A stretch of DNA of 53,941 nt, filler included, from Sphacelaria rigidula (taxonomy: Eukaryota): assembly GCA_964200075.2 (NCBI GenBank). It is 4 parts of 4 records of this genome, joined end to end, with 100 filler letters (N's around TTAATTAATTAA, not from the genome) between each part and the next. Parts side by side here need not be neighbours in the genome. Positions count along the whole stretch, not along the records: positions 27,025 to 40,434 come from CAXNAA020002898.1; positions 40,535 to 53,941 come from CAXNAA020002899.1; 2 more parts are not named here. One strand, given 5' to 3'. The translations under genes were made by a program, and so were the position numbers. Positions within the stretch are counted from its first letter, which is position 1. The number at the start of each line of letters is the position of its first letter. The notes under the pieces were generated by a model. It saw only the letters and a list, made by a program, of their open reading frames with translations. It was not told where the DNA came from and ran no database searches. Shown in pieces: positions 38,318-51,703 of the stretch.

Positions 38318-39217
38318 CGGTGCCAACGCGTTGCCCATAACACGACCCCTGGCTTGCGGGCATGCGATACAGGTATCACTGGCTTGTGGATGTCGCCCAT
38401 AACACGATACGGGTGTCTTTGGCTTGTGGGCGTTACTTATAACACGATACAGGTGCTACCGGCTTGAAGGCATGCGATACAGGTGTTACTGGCTTGTGAG
38501 CGTTGCCCATCACACGATACGGGTGTCTTTGGCTTGTGGGCGTTGCCCGTAACAAGATACAGGTGTCTCTCGCTTGTGTGCATTGCCCATAACACGATAC
38601 GCGTGTCTCTGGCTTGTGGGCATGCGATACAGGTGTATCTGTCTTGTGGTCACACAATACAGGTGTCTCTGCCTGGTAGGCGTTGCCCATAACACGATAC
38701 GGGTGTTACTGGCTCGTGGCGTTGCCCATAACACGATACGGGTGTCTCTGGCTTGTGGGCGTTGCTCATGACACGATACGGATGTTACTGGGTTGATGGT
38801 GTTGCTCATGACACGATACGGGTGTCTGGCTTGTGGACACGTGATACAGGTGTCTCCGGCTTGTGGTCACGCGATACAGGTGTCAGTGGGTAATGTACAC
38901 GATACAGGTGTCAACGACTTGTCCGTAGCACGATAGATATGTCATTGAATTGTAGGCACGCAATACAGGTGTCCCCGGCTTGTGGTCACGCGATGCAGGT
39001 GTCTGTGGCTCTTGGCCCTTGCCCATAACACGATACGGGGTTCTCCGGCTTGTGGGCACGCGATACTGGTGTTCCTAGCTTGGGGGCGTTGCGCATGACA
39101 CGATACGGGTGTCTCTGGCTTGTGGGCACGCGATACAGGTGTCTCTGGCTTGTGGGCGTTGTCCATAACACGATACAGGTGTCACTGGCTTGTGGGCAAC
39201 GATATAGTTGTCACCGG
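38318..39217. repeat. Minisatellite of ~29/41-bp units (CACGATACGGGTGTCTCTGGCTTGTGGG[CGTTGCCCATAA]) bounded by short imperfect TIRs
   Basis: Tandem degenerate units over ~900 bp; ends CGGTGCCAAC...GTTGTCACCG. Confidence 0.85.
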
Positions 39218-39869
39218 TTTCGGCTGATGGTAGTCGAATATATCAGGGACGTCAGCGGCAACCTACTACAGATATAGGACTAGGCGTCGTAGAGGGAAAT
39301 GAATGCTTTTCACACTAGATCGTATCGTCTACTTTCACCGTCACTTCGGACAAAGAATCCCACCCATGGCGATGGTGTAAAATGAGGTTCTACACCTACA
39401 TGACGCTGGAGCCGAAGACAGTGCTCTCCCCGCCCTCGCAGCGATGGTGCCCAACGAAGTTTATATCGGACTGCTGCCCCTCGATCGCGTGGATGCATCT
39501 TCTGCGCATTGTCGTACAGGCTGTGTTACCCGACAGGGCTGGCGGGTTCCCTAATTTCACATATGTTGATGCTGATGCCACTGTCACCCTTACAACGGCG
39601 ACTATTACAGCAAGACAATCACCCTAGAGTTTACATTGCATTCGAGAACGCATCCCTAACCCACTAAATAATTCTTGCGGTGGTCTCTCATTCCACGCAG
39701 ATGGCGTGTATGAGATGGTGTGAATCCCACGGTCTCTGTCTGACCTAGCACCTCCATGCATCTACAACTTCATTCCTCGTCGGAGGAGGGAGGGTGTATT
39801 TATTCGTTGCTGGCCTTTCGTTGATAGTTGATTACTTACATCGTTTGACACTACCGTTCCTGCCCTTAA

Positions 39870-39967
39870 CCCTTGGACCGCGAGGGTAGTCTATCTGGAT
39901 CATGCGTACTTTTTCCAATTACAATTGATGCCGACGCAGCAGATGCTCTACTCTCGCTGTCTAAGGG
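39870..39967. mobile_element. piggyBac-like MITE (relatives at 22840-22937 and 38014-38071)
   Basis: TTAA-CCCTTGGACCGCGAG...CTCGCTGTCTAAGGG-TTAA. Confidence 0.8.
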
Positions 39968-40336
39968 TTAATATAGTCAACTTCAATAATTAGTGACGTT
40001 TTTGCCAAACATTTCACGAAAACGTAAAAAATATCCTATCCGCGTACTGTGCCGCCGTCTGCGTCCGCCACTGTCTACTGCATGAAACAATCCCATGCCT
40101 CCTTCGTTCACGACGGGGGGGGGGGGTGAAATTGGACACGGAGGACGCACCACACTAGCGACAATAATCTCGGGCATGCATTACCCGTCCTTCAACGAAG
40201 TCGACGTGGACGTTGCCGGACCACCCGCTTCCTCGGCGAAATGTTAATAGCGGCTGGGTTACATGCTATAAAAACAGGTGTCCGGACTGATTACCTACCG
40301 CACCCATACTTCATGACCCATGAGAAGTACCCTTAC

Positions 40337-40396
<60 letters not shown>

Positions 40397-40434
40397 TTCC
40401 TTCCTCTTCTTTCTCCTCGCTTTCTTCTTCGCAC

Positions 40435-40534
40435 NNNNNNNNNNNNNNNNNNNNNNNNNNNNNNNNNNNNNNNNNNNNTTAATTAATTAANNNNNNNNNN
40501 NNNNNNNNNNNNNNNNNNNNNNNNNNNNNNNNNN
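40435..40534. other. Artificial contig spacer (N44-TTAATTAATTAA-N44)
   Basis: Same 100-nt spacer. Confidence 0.98.
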
Positions 40535-40879
40535 GTGTCACCCCTGGCCTAGCATGTCCTTCGAGAGTGAAGCCAGTATCACCTCGTGATCAGACCACGA
40601 CCGTAGCGCGAGGTGGGCGTGCACGCTGGCAGGTCAGAGTGAGAGGTTGCAAGGGTAGTGTCGTTTCAGGCACGTGAAGCAAAAAGAGCGGGTGCACATA
40701 ACCTCAACTGCAACCGCAGAGACATTATAAATTGATATCCAATGGCAAGGGTGCGGCAGAGGCGATGTAAGCTGACAGCTGTCGGTAATTTACATATCAA
40801 GGGCAAATGCAGTCGTGAAAATGCCAAAGTGGAAATGTCGTAGGTATTACGCAGGCGATGGTGGGGACAGAATGCGGTA

Positions 40880-41195
40880 AAAAATAAAGCCGAGTGCAAG
40901 TGGCTTGCAGCGATGTGCGGGGCAATACAAGCGGTTGAAGGGGAGGATGCGGTAAGCTGGGCGCAAAGACATGACATATACAAGAGAGCTAACAAATAAA
41001 GGCTGTCAGGCCGCAAAGCATACGCAATACCTGTGATGACAAATTGGATTGTAGCTGCGCAGCGTCGATTTGAGGCGCAGATACTAGCGAAAGAAAAAAA
41101 AGCAGAGTGCGAGAAGCGGGGCAAGGATGAGCGGTGCGGTAGGCGGGTGCCAACGTGAAGTATGTACCCATGCAGTAGCGGGCAAAGCTATTTTG

Positions 41196-41227
<32 letters not shown>

Positions 41228-42056
41228 GTATATATCGAGAAGCTGTGCGGTGTGTGCGTTGCGGTGCGATGTGCGTCATGTCCTGGCAGTGTTTACACGC
41301 GGTAAACGAGGTGCTGGCGGTGATACGCAACGAGGGAGACCAGTTTGGTTTCCATGATTTAGATGCAAGGTTGCACAAGGCAGAGAAGCAAATGGACGCG
41401 AGTGGTTTGGCTGCGGAGCGCGCACTGTTTCAGAGCTGGGTCACGCGCGCGGGAGAGATGGTGGCGGTCTCGCCGCAGTTGATAATTGAGTGTGTTGCAC
41501 AGCTGGTGATGCCAGCCAAGGAAGGGGTAGCAACAGAGGTACTTAAGGATGATGAAGCCATGATGCGGTAGCGCCTAATGCTCCACAAAGCGTCCCGACA
41601 ATTCGCTAGAGGGGGGTGCCCCCCGAGAGGACGCTGGCAGGGGCCAGGATACGGAGGAGGTTATGCGGGGCATCCCGCTACCATCGGGGAGGGGCGTTGC
41701 AGCATGCGGGGGGCGCGGCCACGTCTCAGCCAAGCCCAACGGGCATTGCGCAAGCACCGCAGATGGCGCAGCAGTTCATGGCCGGCGCCGCGGGAGCCAG
41801 CCTCGCGCGAGGCGGAGGCAAGCCTCAGCCCACATCGGAGCAGAGGGCGGAGCGAGCTCAGCAGAAAGAGATGAGACAGAATGAGCAATTAGCGCGACCA
41901 CCGCCAGAAACGCCAGGGCTCGAGTGCAGAAATTGCAGTAAGGCAGGGCGCCCTTACCAGCATCCCTTCGACACGTGTGCCTGGACTATGTGTACCAGGT
42001 GCAAGTGGGTGGGGCACATTGTAAGAAACTGCGTCAGACTGCCGATTCCGGAGTAA
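40880..42056 (+). pseudogene. Decayed retrotransposon gag-like ORF with zinc knuckles
   Basis: ORF 41616-42056 ends in CRNCSKAGRPYQHPFDTC followed by a canonical CX2CX4HX4C knuckle (CTRCKWVGHIVRNC). The upstream coding-like, intronless fragments (40880-41571) are broken by stops, frameshifts and a (TA)n run. No pol domain was recognised. Confidence 0.6.
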
Positions 42057-43088
42057 AAGAGCAAGGCGGAGCGGAAATGCAGATAAAGGCGGACGAGAGC
42101 GGGGAGGGGCGGGGCAGATCGGGTTCCTGAAGAGTGCGGGGCGCGGCGACTGGGCAACGGAGCGGGAGCGGAGGGGGGGGTCATCGCGCATTTGTAAATG
42201 AGTTGTAGTATGCGGTCCGATTGGGTATTCAAGCGGAGATGAGGCCAGTGGGGATGCACAGATATAAGCGCGTTACGGGTAATCAAGGAAAGAAGCGAAT
42301 GAAAAATATAGAAGCGTGGGGGGGCGGGGCGCAACTGGAGAACAAAGGTAGAAGATGGGATATTTGTGTGCGGGAACCTGATGGGTCGATATTTCTTGGT
42401 TGACGGATCATGCTTCCACGGCCATCTAGGACGGACGGATGTTGGACACGGAGTCCGTGATACAGTGGATTGTTCTGTTGTGTTCCGATTTTTTCAGGAA
42501 CTTGTCATAAATTTAATAGCCAAAGCGTGCATCCACCAACACGGAATGATGCCGTAGACGCCGTGGAAAATGTCGGGAGATCTCTTTTGATGAATGAGGG
42601 ATTTTCAGAAACCGCGTAACTACTGTATTGCTTCTCCAAAACATATCCCAAAAAAGTCGACGAGGGGGGAAAGGGGGGGAGCAGGATTTACCTGTTACAA
42701 AGGGCGTGTGTCCATGATGGACTATGCAGCCGCAAAAACCTGCAGCACAGCACAGTACATACGCCGCACGGACAGTGCCTGTAGTGATGCACTGCCATTT
42801 TCACACTTGACATATTAACTTGATTCCGCAGCAGCCGTTGCCAACGTTTGCACGCCCCATGTTTCAACCTCACTCACAAACTCGTGGGAAAAGATGAGCA
42901 CGTCAGTGGCTGTTTCAACTCAACTAGCAGATGGCCAAAGCACGAACAGAAGCCAGGAATTTCTGCGACTTGTATGTACAATACAACATCCCATTTTCCT
43001 CGCGTATCACCTATTTCTCGGAATATTTCCACAAGTTTCCGCAAAAAAATGCTTGAAAAAACGAATATTAAGTATCAGGGTCACTTCA

Positions 43089-46000
43089 TTAGGTCGGAAC
43101 CATCTCGTAAGACGCTCGTGCCTCAACACGGCCGCCCAGCTGGGTTCCGAACATCGAGCCCCATCTTGCCCGAAACGATGCTCCTCTCGAACGCCGCCCG
43201 CGCTGGTTGTGGTCCTCACTGTCCCTCATCGGCGGCGGACTGGTTCGGGCGTGCAACGAAATCGCCCCATCAACCAAACCACCGGCCGAGTCAAATTCAC
43301 TTTCCATACCCCATCGCCTCGCACGTAGCATGAAGGCGGTCGACCCCATGGCCAAGACGTGCCATGCGCTGTGCCACATATGGTACCACGACGGAAACTC
43401 GCCCTGCGCAGCGAAGCACGCCAGCCCTGCCACGAAACCGCAGGCGCCAAGACTGGCATGCCTCCAGTCGATCAACCCCCTCTCGAGAATTATACGCCTC
43501 GAAGAGCACAAAACTGCGCGTAATCTCAGCCGTCTGGGGAATCTAGAACAGTGAGACCGCGGCCGATCCGGCCGGCCGTTGTCGGCCGTCGTGTCGCTGC
43601 CAAAACGATCAGGATCGTTCCAAACGTCGTTTTTCCTCCAAGCGCCTCCGTCGCGTCCGCTATACGCGCTTGTCCCCGAGGCGCTAGGCGCCCGCTCGTC
43701 ACCATCTTCGGCGGCGCTGACAACCTTTTCTTCCGTCTTCAAATCGCCATGTTCGCGACCCTGATCGCTGCCACCGCGGCCACCGCTGCTGCTGTCGGTA
43801 TCACCCCTTCCTGGCCCTGCGTCCCGCCGCCGTTTCTCGTCTCCAGTCGCACGCAGCGGGTTCCCTTCCGTCACAGCAGCTACCCCTTTCTCGTTATTTG
43901 TCGAAGAAACCTTTCCGCCTGTTCGGATATCCTCATCGCCGCCGCTGGTTCGCTTGCTGGAGATCAGAGCTCGCGTTTCACGCTCGTCGTCGTCACCACC
44001 GTCGTTCTCCCCACCACTATCTTCCTCAACCACACCCCCTTCTTCCTCGTCCCAGACAATAGCGCTCACGCCGGTGTGATCATGCCTGAGATCGAAATGG
44101 GCTCTCTCCACTTCTAGAGCGGCAGAGGCGGCGCCGGCGGAAGCTGCCGTCGACTTGCTCGAACGCCACTCCTCGCGCGCGGCCTCGGCGTCGAGGAGTC
44201 GAATATCCCGCGCAACCAACCTGCCCCAACTAAACGCCAGTAGCCCACCGCACATCACGAATACCAAGACCAGGTTTGTCCCTGCAGTCGGGCTGTCCGC
44301 TACCGCGGCCAGAAGCGGAGGAATCAGGCAGACATAAAGCGACGCCAAACGGGTCCCGGGCGCTCCCACGCTGCCGGCAACGCCGAGCTCCTGTCCAAAG
44401 CCACCACTACCGCTACCTTGTCCCCCAGTTACGTGCGAATTGGCACTACTGGATGTGCCGCTGGCACCACGAGAAATGCTCCCGCGAACTCTGTCAAAGC
44501 TGTTAGCAGCGGTGTAATTCGGCATAGTAGAGGACAATCCCGCGGCGAATCCACCATTGAACGTCGCCGCTCTATTTCCCAAAGTCGCAGACATCCTGCC
44601 ACCGCTAGTATCGTTACCGCCGCCACTACTACCTACATTTGCGACGCCACCGCGGCGATAGTGAAAGCTCTGAGCCTTGCGCGCGGTTCTCGTCTGGTCC
44701 ATGCCCGAGTGTCCGTACGCATTGCCACCAAGGGCATCGTCCCCTCTGTCCCCTGCGGTGACGACGGCGAAATCAAGGTCTCCAACCCGCGGCACGTTGT
44801 CGTGTGCGTCTCGCAAAAAGTGGGAGTCATTGGTATCCTCGCTGCCCAGCGTTCCCGTCCACGGAGAATCTGACTTGTTTCTGCCGCCGCCGGCTACGGT
44901 GAGAGGCTCATCCCAGGGCATTGGACAGAGGTGGAGCACCAATACAGCAACAGAGAAGAAACTGAAGAAGAAATCTAGGGCTTGGAGGGCGTGGTAGCTC
45001 AAAAGGCCTCCTGCGCACGTTAACTGCGTTTCGAGGCGTGATTGAGTGGCGGTCATGAGACAACAAGGGGGGAATGGGGCCGGGGCAGGGAACAGTCTAA
45101 GCATGAGCGGGAGAGAAATCACGAATGATCAGGGGGTGATCGAAGGAAGCGCATCTATTGAACAGCGTTGTATGACAAACACAAAACGCCTGTCCAGGGT
45201 TTCAGCAACGCTTTGAAAGACATTAACCGCAAGATCCAGCTGAACAAAAATGATAATACACACAATCTGACCTCGGTAGAGCACTGTTTTCAATCTCGAA
45301 CGATATAACCTTCGTTCCGCTGCCGCGATTTTCCCTCCACCGCCACAAGCGAGGTGAATACGCCAAGAAAATATGTCAACGCGTGTTATTGCTCTCCGTC
45401 TCCCGAACTCACTCAGTCGACGTGCGACCAGAATGCACACACCTCCAAGTCGCACATGTGGTAAACGGCCGATGCCGCGCCGTTGAGCGCAAGTACCACT
45501 GCGGGGGCCGATCCTACTGAAGCGCCTAGTCTCAGCGCCTCGCGCACACCGGGAATCACGGCGAGGTTCGATCCAACTAGCAGAATAGCCTTCAGGAATG
45601 ACAACAAAAGAGCGGCGGGGGAAAGAAGACGAACGGACGTTCCAGTAGCACCAGCGATGACCGGCTCTTCAATAAAGTGTACAACAAAAAAGGGATACAA
45701 ATACACGCAAAATGACACGAGCAAAACAGTTCGCTTTTCACACAAATACAGAAGAGCCCTCTGCAGGCACGATCCCAACAACCTGTATTTCACCGTATGA
45801 CGCACAATCTTGTTGAAGCCCACTCTACACCCAAAAATCAAATGTCACGCGATACCAGCCATTTGTTCACCTGCCAAATCAGGGTCGCATAGGACACGAC
45901 CCGTTGGTCGCAGCCCTCTCCTCCGAGGCCGTAGGCGCAGTGACACTTGGAGGCCGGCACGAAGTCATTGCCGTCGCCCCCATTGGAAACTCGACACACG

Positions 46001-49000
46001 CCCCTTGCTGCCGGACATACCTCTTCGTCGCAGTAGCTGAAATCGCGTGAATGAGGATACGTGGCACGACCAGATCATGACAACGACAGTGACAAAATCG
46101 AACGGTCACGTTCCACTCTATGCCCACTCTGTTTTGTCCTGTCATACGTGAAATGCCCCTCCTTCGTCAGGGCGAGTTTGTACCCTACAGAGATCAACCC
46201 CTCTCTCCGCCGGCACATTGCCTGACATTTTGGTATCGCGGAGTGACTCTTGCACCGCGTCGACAGTCGTCAACGTTTCCTTTCGCTACTCGAATCTTCA
46301 CGTCGACGATGGAAATCAGATACTCCCGATAATAAAAACCGTATAGACTTTATTTTTTGCCGGGAATCGAACCCCTTGCTCCATCCTAAGCGGTCGTGGG
46401 ATATACCATTTTATATTGAACCACCGGGGCGCGGCGGCAAACGTGTAAGGCGCATACTACTATAACGACCACTAGAGACGGTCTACGTCGCGACATTGGA
46501 CGGGTTTCAATCATCCGACAAAAGTATGAATCAAGCGAACGCGAGGTAGTCCTTGACGGTCACCACGCACAGGCACGCACTGTACTTTTCAACCGGCTGC
46601 CCGTAGACTCATCTCTCAATGTATGCATACTGCAGGCAAATGCTCTGTGTCGAGTATATACCGACCGCTTGCAAAACAATACATCCTGCGCCATCCTCAC
46701 AACTTCACATCATACCACAACTTCCTTCCCCTAAACCATACACTAGAGCACAGTATACCTGAACTCCACACGTGGGGCGATCCCAAGCGCCCACGACCCC
46801 GCCAAACCATCGCTCTTCATCGCACCTCCACCGCCATCATGACTAGTACCTTCATCTCCGCCGCTTCCAGCCCCACCCACTTCCACTTCCGCCACTTCAC
46901 CGAGACGCCTTCTTGACTTCCTCCGTTCACTGCCGTCACCGCCACCATCACTCCTCGGCCCGATATCCCACTTCACGTATACGCCGAGAAATAACGTGGT
47001 CGCTGTCGTCGCAGACGTGCTTGCTTGACCCGCCCCAGACAACCCGCCGCCGGCTGCCGCTCCTACGTAGCTCGTTAACGGCGGCGGGTGGGTGAGGTTC
47101 CACGTGTATGTCGCACGCCAGAAGGGGCTATTGCCATTAGGAAAAGTAGCTGCAGTGGTGTCGGGGTAGGGGTTGCCTAGTTCCTCTGTTTCGATCAACG
47201 CGTCGGAGGATGATAGTACCCATGTGTCTTGCCGATCCGTACCTGAACACAAGCGCGGAAGGGGAGGAAGGGGTGTGGGATCGTGCGCAAACGGCAGCAG
47301 AGAGCACTGGTGTAACGGAGAGAAGGAGCCTGGCACTGCCTCATGTGCTGGACACGAAACAACAACGAAGCTATAGAGTGCAATGCCGTCGACAGCATCT
47401 GGACTACGGCTACTCGTGCAGTACAGTTGCAACAACAACAACAACAACGAAGTGCTCGACGATGCAGAACACTACACTTACGATGGCGGATGGCCGCCAC
47501 TGTTGTGAGTAACTACTGTACCGTGCAACGTAAGCTAACGCTCAACATAGCATGCTATCCAATGAAACATAACAGGCACGGGAAGACATCACGCACCATT
47601 CGCACCGGGCACCGGCAACGACCCCACGCGCATCACCACGCTCAGCGACACCGGTGTCCCGTCTACCGGGGACAACACGTCCGGGTCCAGTTCCAGCCCT
47701 TCGTGGTCGTTCGACGAGATGGGCCCCATTTTCCAACCGTACGAGTAACCCAGCGATGAGCTGCCTTCTGCAGCAGCAGCGGAGGAATTGACTGCAATAT
47801 GGCCATGGGAAAAAAGAGAGGTGGGTGGGACAATCGGGAGGCATTCAGAGGGGGGTGTATTCATGATCGTGCATGCCGTAGTCATACGACCATTACCCTC
47901 GAGGCATTTAGGAGGGCGACGCGCACGTCAGACCGAGAGAATAAGTGTGACATGGACACTAGCAGACTTGTACACTAGACGACTGTCACGTGCTTGTGTG
48001 TGCCCAGATTTACCGGCTTCAAGTAGGCGGCCGAGCATAATCCCCAGCCCCCTCGCCTCCGCCCCCACCACGATGCTTCTCTCTATCAGTACTTTATCGA
48101 CAAATCTACGCGTTATTCCCCACCCCGCGCGGCCACGCACGTGCGTGCCCAGCCCGGTCGAATTTTCCCTCGTGCACTCACCCGAAAGACTGACAGCCAT
48201 TGACGCTCCGACCTCTCTTCCAGATATATCCACGGCGTACCACACAGACGGTGCGTCCCACCACCAAAGATCTCCGCCATCTTCCACGCTCACTCCGGTC
48301 CCCGGGCCTGTTTCGGAGTCCCCACCGTTGCTCGGCAGGCGGCGGCGTCCGGGATTGCCACCTGCAGCGGTATTCCCAAGCCCCTCCAAATGGACAAGAT
48401 TGGACAACACGCGAGAGCGTCCCTACAATGCGTGTCGACGAAAGGCATGCGCACACATAACGGATGGGTAAGGTACTGAAGTAGTATCGGTACAGCGGGA
48501 CGAGGAAGGGAAGGGGGGGGCGGGGGGGGGGGTCATGGGTTATGCGGGGGTTCACAGGCAATATACGTCCATCATATCCACGCTACTCAAATACTTGAAA
48601 AACAACCAAAGCAACTTACCCAACATGCATAAACTCACCTCATAGACTGCAGCCGCCCCACGCCGTGTCATTATCGTCGGCACCACCTCGCCCATGCAAG
48701 AAATCCTAGTTATCTCTACATCTTCGGATCCTTTTCCCCCGCCCTCAGCGTTCGTCGGCACCCGAGACTTCACCCGCCGAATGTCCACTCCATCAACTCC
48801 TACTCTTCCCGAGGGGCAGGACTGCATGGTAGAGCAAAATCAGGGGAGCATTCATTGTTGTTTCATTTTCTTCCGGGAAGGGGGGGAGGGGGGAGGAGGG
48901 GAGGTGTACTCGTGATCATGCATGCCATAGTCATCAGACCATTGACTTCGCATCCCTACCAAGCCAGGACATACCACGCCGGGTTTTCGCCGGATCAGGC

Positions 49001-51703
49001 TCGCAATCAATCACCAGGCGCGAAGCGCCGTGGTGTGTTCGGCGAGTCTCATGAAGGGTGAGCTGCATGCTGCTAAGATTGCTCGGCCCGAAACCTACTG
49101 ATTATCTTGCATATAGATGACAACCTCCAACGAGTTGCTACAATTTCTCGCATCACCACTTCCAGAGACAGCCACGGCTTATGCGCTGCCTCATGGGTGT
49201 CTCACCATTTTAACACTACGTAGTACGATCATCCCCTTTGTGCGGAGTTGAGGTTCTCCTACGCCTCACAATATGATCTAGCTTGACCACCATCATGGTC
49301 ACCGCAAAAAAACGCAAGCGCGCGAAAAGAATGGGTAACGTGGTTGCCTAGCTTACGCAGTGAGTGGCGTGTTTTACAGAGCCATTGCCAATTGACGCCA
49401 ACCCCATACGGGGTCTGCTTCTACGAAGCCGGGGCGGAGCACGCCGGGTTCTCGCCGGACCAGGGGGGGGAAGGGGGCTACGACGGCCCATAACTTACAC
49501 GATACGTAATTCTCTCCATGACGCTCTTGGTCATGAAAGGTATCGTACTGAGACCAAGTACTGTGAGGCAAACAAACACATGCAAAAGCACACAAACACG
49601 GAGGGCAGCGTCAACACACCAGCGATCACGGTGCGACCGAGATCATACTTTCAAAGCAAACCTTGAATTTCAACTCCGCCAGACGATCCTCGACTCTCCC
49701 CCCCCCTCCCCCGCGCCATCTTTGCTCTACTAACTACACAGGGCACAGACGCAGACAAGATAAGTTATTGTACGCGATCTCCTACGGCCCGCCCTGCATA
49801 GCCGCAACCCTCCCGCGGCCCCAAAGTGCCGAACTCTCACCTGCGCCACCACAACAGCGCTCAACGCAAAGGTAGCCTCGGCCGGACCATCACCTCCCGC
49901 CGCCGCCGTCGCCGACATGTGGCAGGACCCTTCCTGCTCACGCCGAACTTGCCACACTGGCAGTAACTCCTCCGCGGTCCACTGCACGTGTGCCCAGTCT
50001 CGCTGGAGAGATATCGCGTCCTCCATCATTGTCCCTGCGGTGTCGTTTGATGCGGTGTCATCCTCGACGCCCAGACGGTCAGCGGTCATGTTGTCCGCGC
50101 CGACGTTGCCACCATCTCCACCTTCCTTGTCTATCGGTAATACTGCGGTTTTCGACGTTGACGAATTTCTACTGTCGACCAGGCGGGACTTGGCACGTTT
50201 GTCGTTGCCCATAGCAAGGCGGCGGCGCTCATGGTCGTCGGCGCGTTTTTTGCCGTTCGACTCGACGTCCGAGGTCCCACACGACACACTGCCGGTCACA
50301 TACCATCGTCCGGCCTGTACTCTCGTTAATGTGTTGTAGTGGTTACACAGAAGGAGGCGAACAAGAAAACAAGGTTTCACAGGACGAGGAGAGTCTGAGC
50401 GAGCCAGCGCATTGGGGGCGGCCAACAACGCGCGGGAGAACCGAGAGGTGGGTCAAACTAACGCTGTCTGCTCGTCGTATATTAACCGAATCGTGGGCGC
50501 AAGGCTGCGGTTACAACGCACAGCCGACGGCGGCAAGTGTCTGATGGTGAGATATGTTCGAAAAATATACTGCGACCGACCACGCACGCGTCGTAAAGCC
50601 TCAAATTGGCTCGCCAGTACAAACATTGCTGAGCAATAGAGACTCTCTGTTCGTCATATTACTGGATATCAATGTGTCTGCCATCACTTAGCCGCCGATA
50701 CTGAAACGCGTCCCAGCCGACGGTGGTAAGCTTCACTTCCTCTGCGTTGCATCTCTCAACCACATAACCCGTCTGCCAAGATGTCTTCCTGTCCCATACA
50801 GCTTTCTTGTCCACAACCCCGCGCCTCCCCAAGCGTTTCTATAAAAGAAAACAAAAATGCTGTCCATACGGAACGTTCAAATCACCTGAGGCCTGGGGGG
50901 AAGCTTGAGCGAATCACGAACGGCCGCCGCTTCACCGTTTGCCTGTACTTCCGTCGATACACACACCATTTCTACCCCTCCCTTGCTCCTCAACCCCTCA
51001 TCTCTTCCCTCCAGGCCCCAAAAGGGGACCATCGCCGCTGCAGCGCATAACGTCACCTCACAAGACCCGATCTTGTGCTCGCTCCCGTCATTCGCAAGGT
51101 ATCGCTCCTTCATGCTGCCCAGATCCCAGTTATCATCACCAACACCACCGCCAACGAATCCAACACGCCCCCCGACTACCGTCATGTCCGTCTCTTCTCT
51201 TCCAGCGTGTGGCCCGTCCTCTGCTGACAGCGGCCACTGCCCATCCTGCGTTTTCACCTGCCAGGTGCCATCCTCGTCCAAGGAAGACACCAACAGACCC
51301 CGCCGGCCGGCATCCTGCCTTCCTTCCTCCTCCAATCCATCCGGGTTCTCGCTCTTGTCCCCCTCCGCCGCTGTCGCCGCCGCCACTCCATCTCCTTGCA
51401 GCGCGACAATGTCAAAGTTGACGACAACGAGCTCGTCGTAGGCCCCGACAGTAAATGCACCCAGCCACCACGAGCCGGCGTTAAAGGGTGAGGAACCGGA
51501 CGCGCTGCCTGCGGACAAGGCGCCTACCCTCGGTAAAAACTGTCCAACGCGCTTGCTGCCGGGTGTTCTGGACTCAGCATTTCCGTCCACGATTCCCACT
51601 GATGATCGTTCCGTGACCATCGGAACGGTAACCGGAGGAGTGGTGGGGGTCCGAGAGCAACTGTAGTCGTCGCCCGCCCCTGGCGGTGGGGCTAACCCTA
51701 GGT
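43089..51703 (-). CDS. TMEM8/PGAP6 (DUF3522, CREST superfamily) protein: large ectodomain, EGF-like domain, multi-pass membrane domain
   Basis: Phase-consistent exons 51703-50886, 50314-49841, 48821-48639, 48422-48182, ~47767-47606, 47242-46759, 46036-45871 (YCDEEVCPAARGVCRV...CHCAYGLGGEGC, EGF-like), 45589-45443 (AILLVGSNLAVIPG...ASAVYHMCDLE) and 45023-43089 (LTCAGGLLSYHALQALDFF...WYHMWHSAWHVL...stop). The SxxYHxCD, LQxxDF and HSxWH motifs define TMEM8/CREST. Further 5' exons probably lie in 52300-53600 but could not be phased. Confidence 0.85.
46240..46436 (-). mobile_element. tRNA-derived SINE, family 1 (diverged), intronic
   Basis: Minus strand reads GCCGCGCCCCGGTGG...GGGTTCGATTCCCGG...GTCGACGCGGTGCAAGAGT. 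Confidence 0.6.
48904..49470 (+). repeat. ~500-bp interspersed repeat; other copies at 51833-52252 (+), 53620-53941 (-), 6470-6712 (+), with fragments at 47850-47900 and 12805-12860 (-)
   Basis: Shared blocks GTACTCGTGATCATGCATGCCATAGTCAT, CATGAAGGGTGAGCTGCAT, CATGGGTGTCTCACCATT and GAGTGGCGTGTTTTACAG. Confidence 0.85.

Noticed and set aside
38318..39217. CRISPR-like repeat array
   Set aside because: Units are contiguous and degenerate with no unique spacers, there are no cas genes, and the context is eukaryotic; it is a minisatellite.
40600..40660. Primer-binding site upstream of the gag relic (TGGCAGGTCAGAG)
   Set aside because: No preceding CA LTR end and no tRNA 3' complement that I can identify.
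43207..44997. Several long plus-strand ORFs
   Set aside because: Antisense shadows of the GC-rich terminal exon of the TMEM8-like gene.
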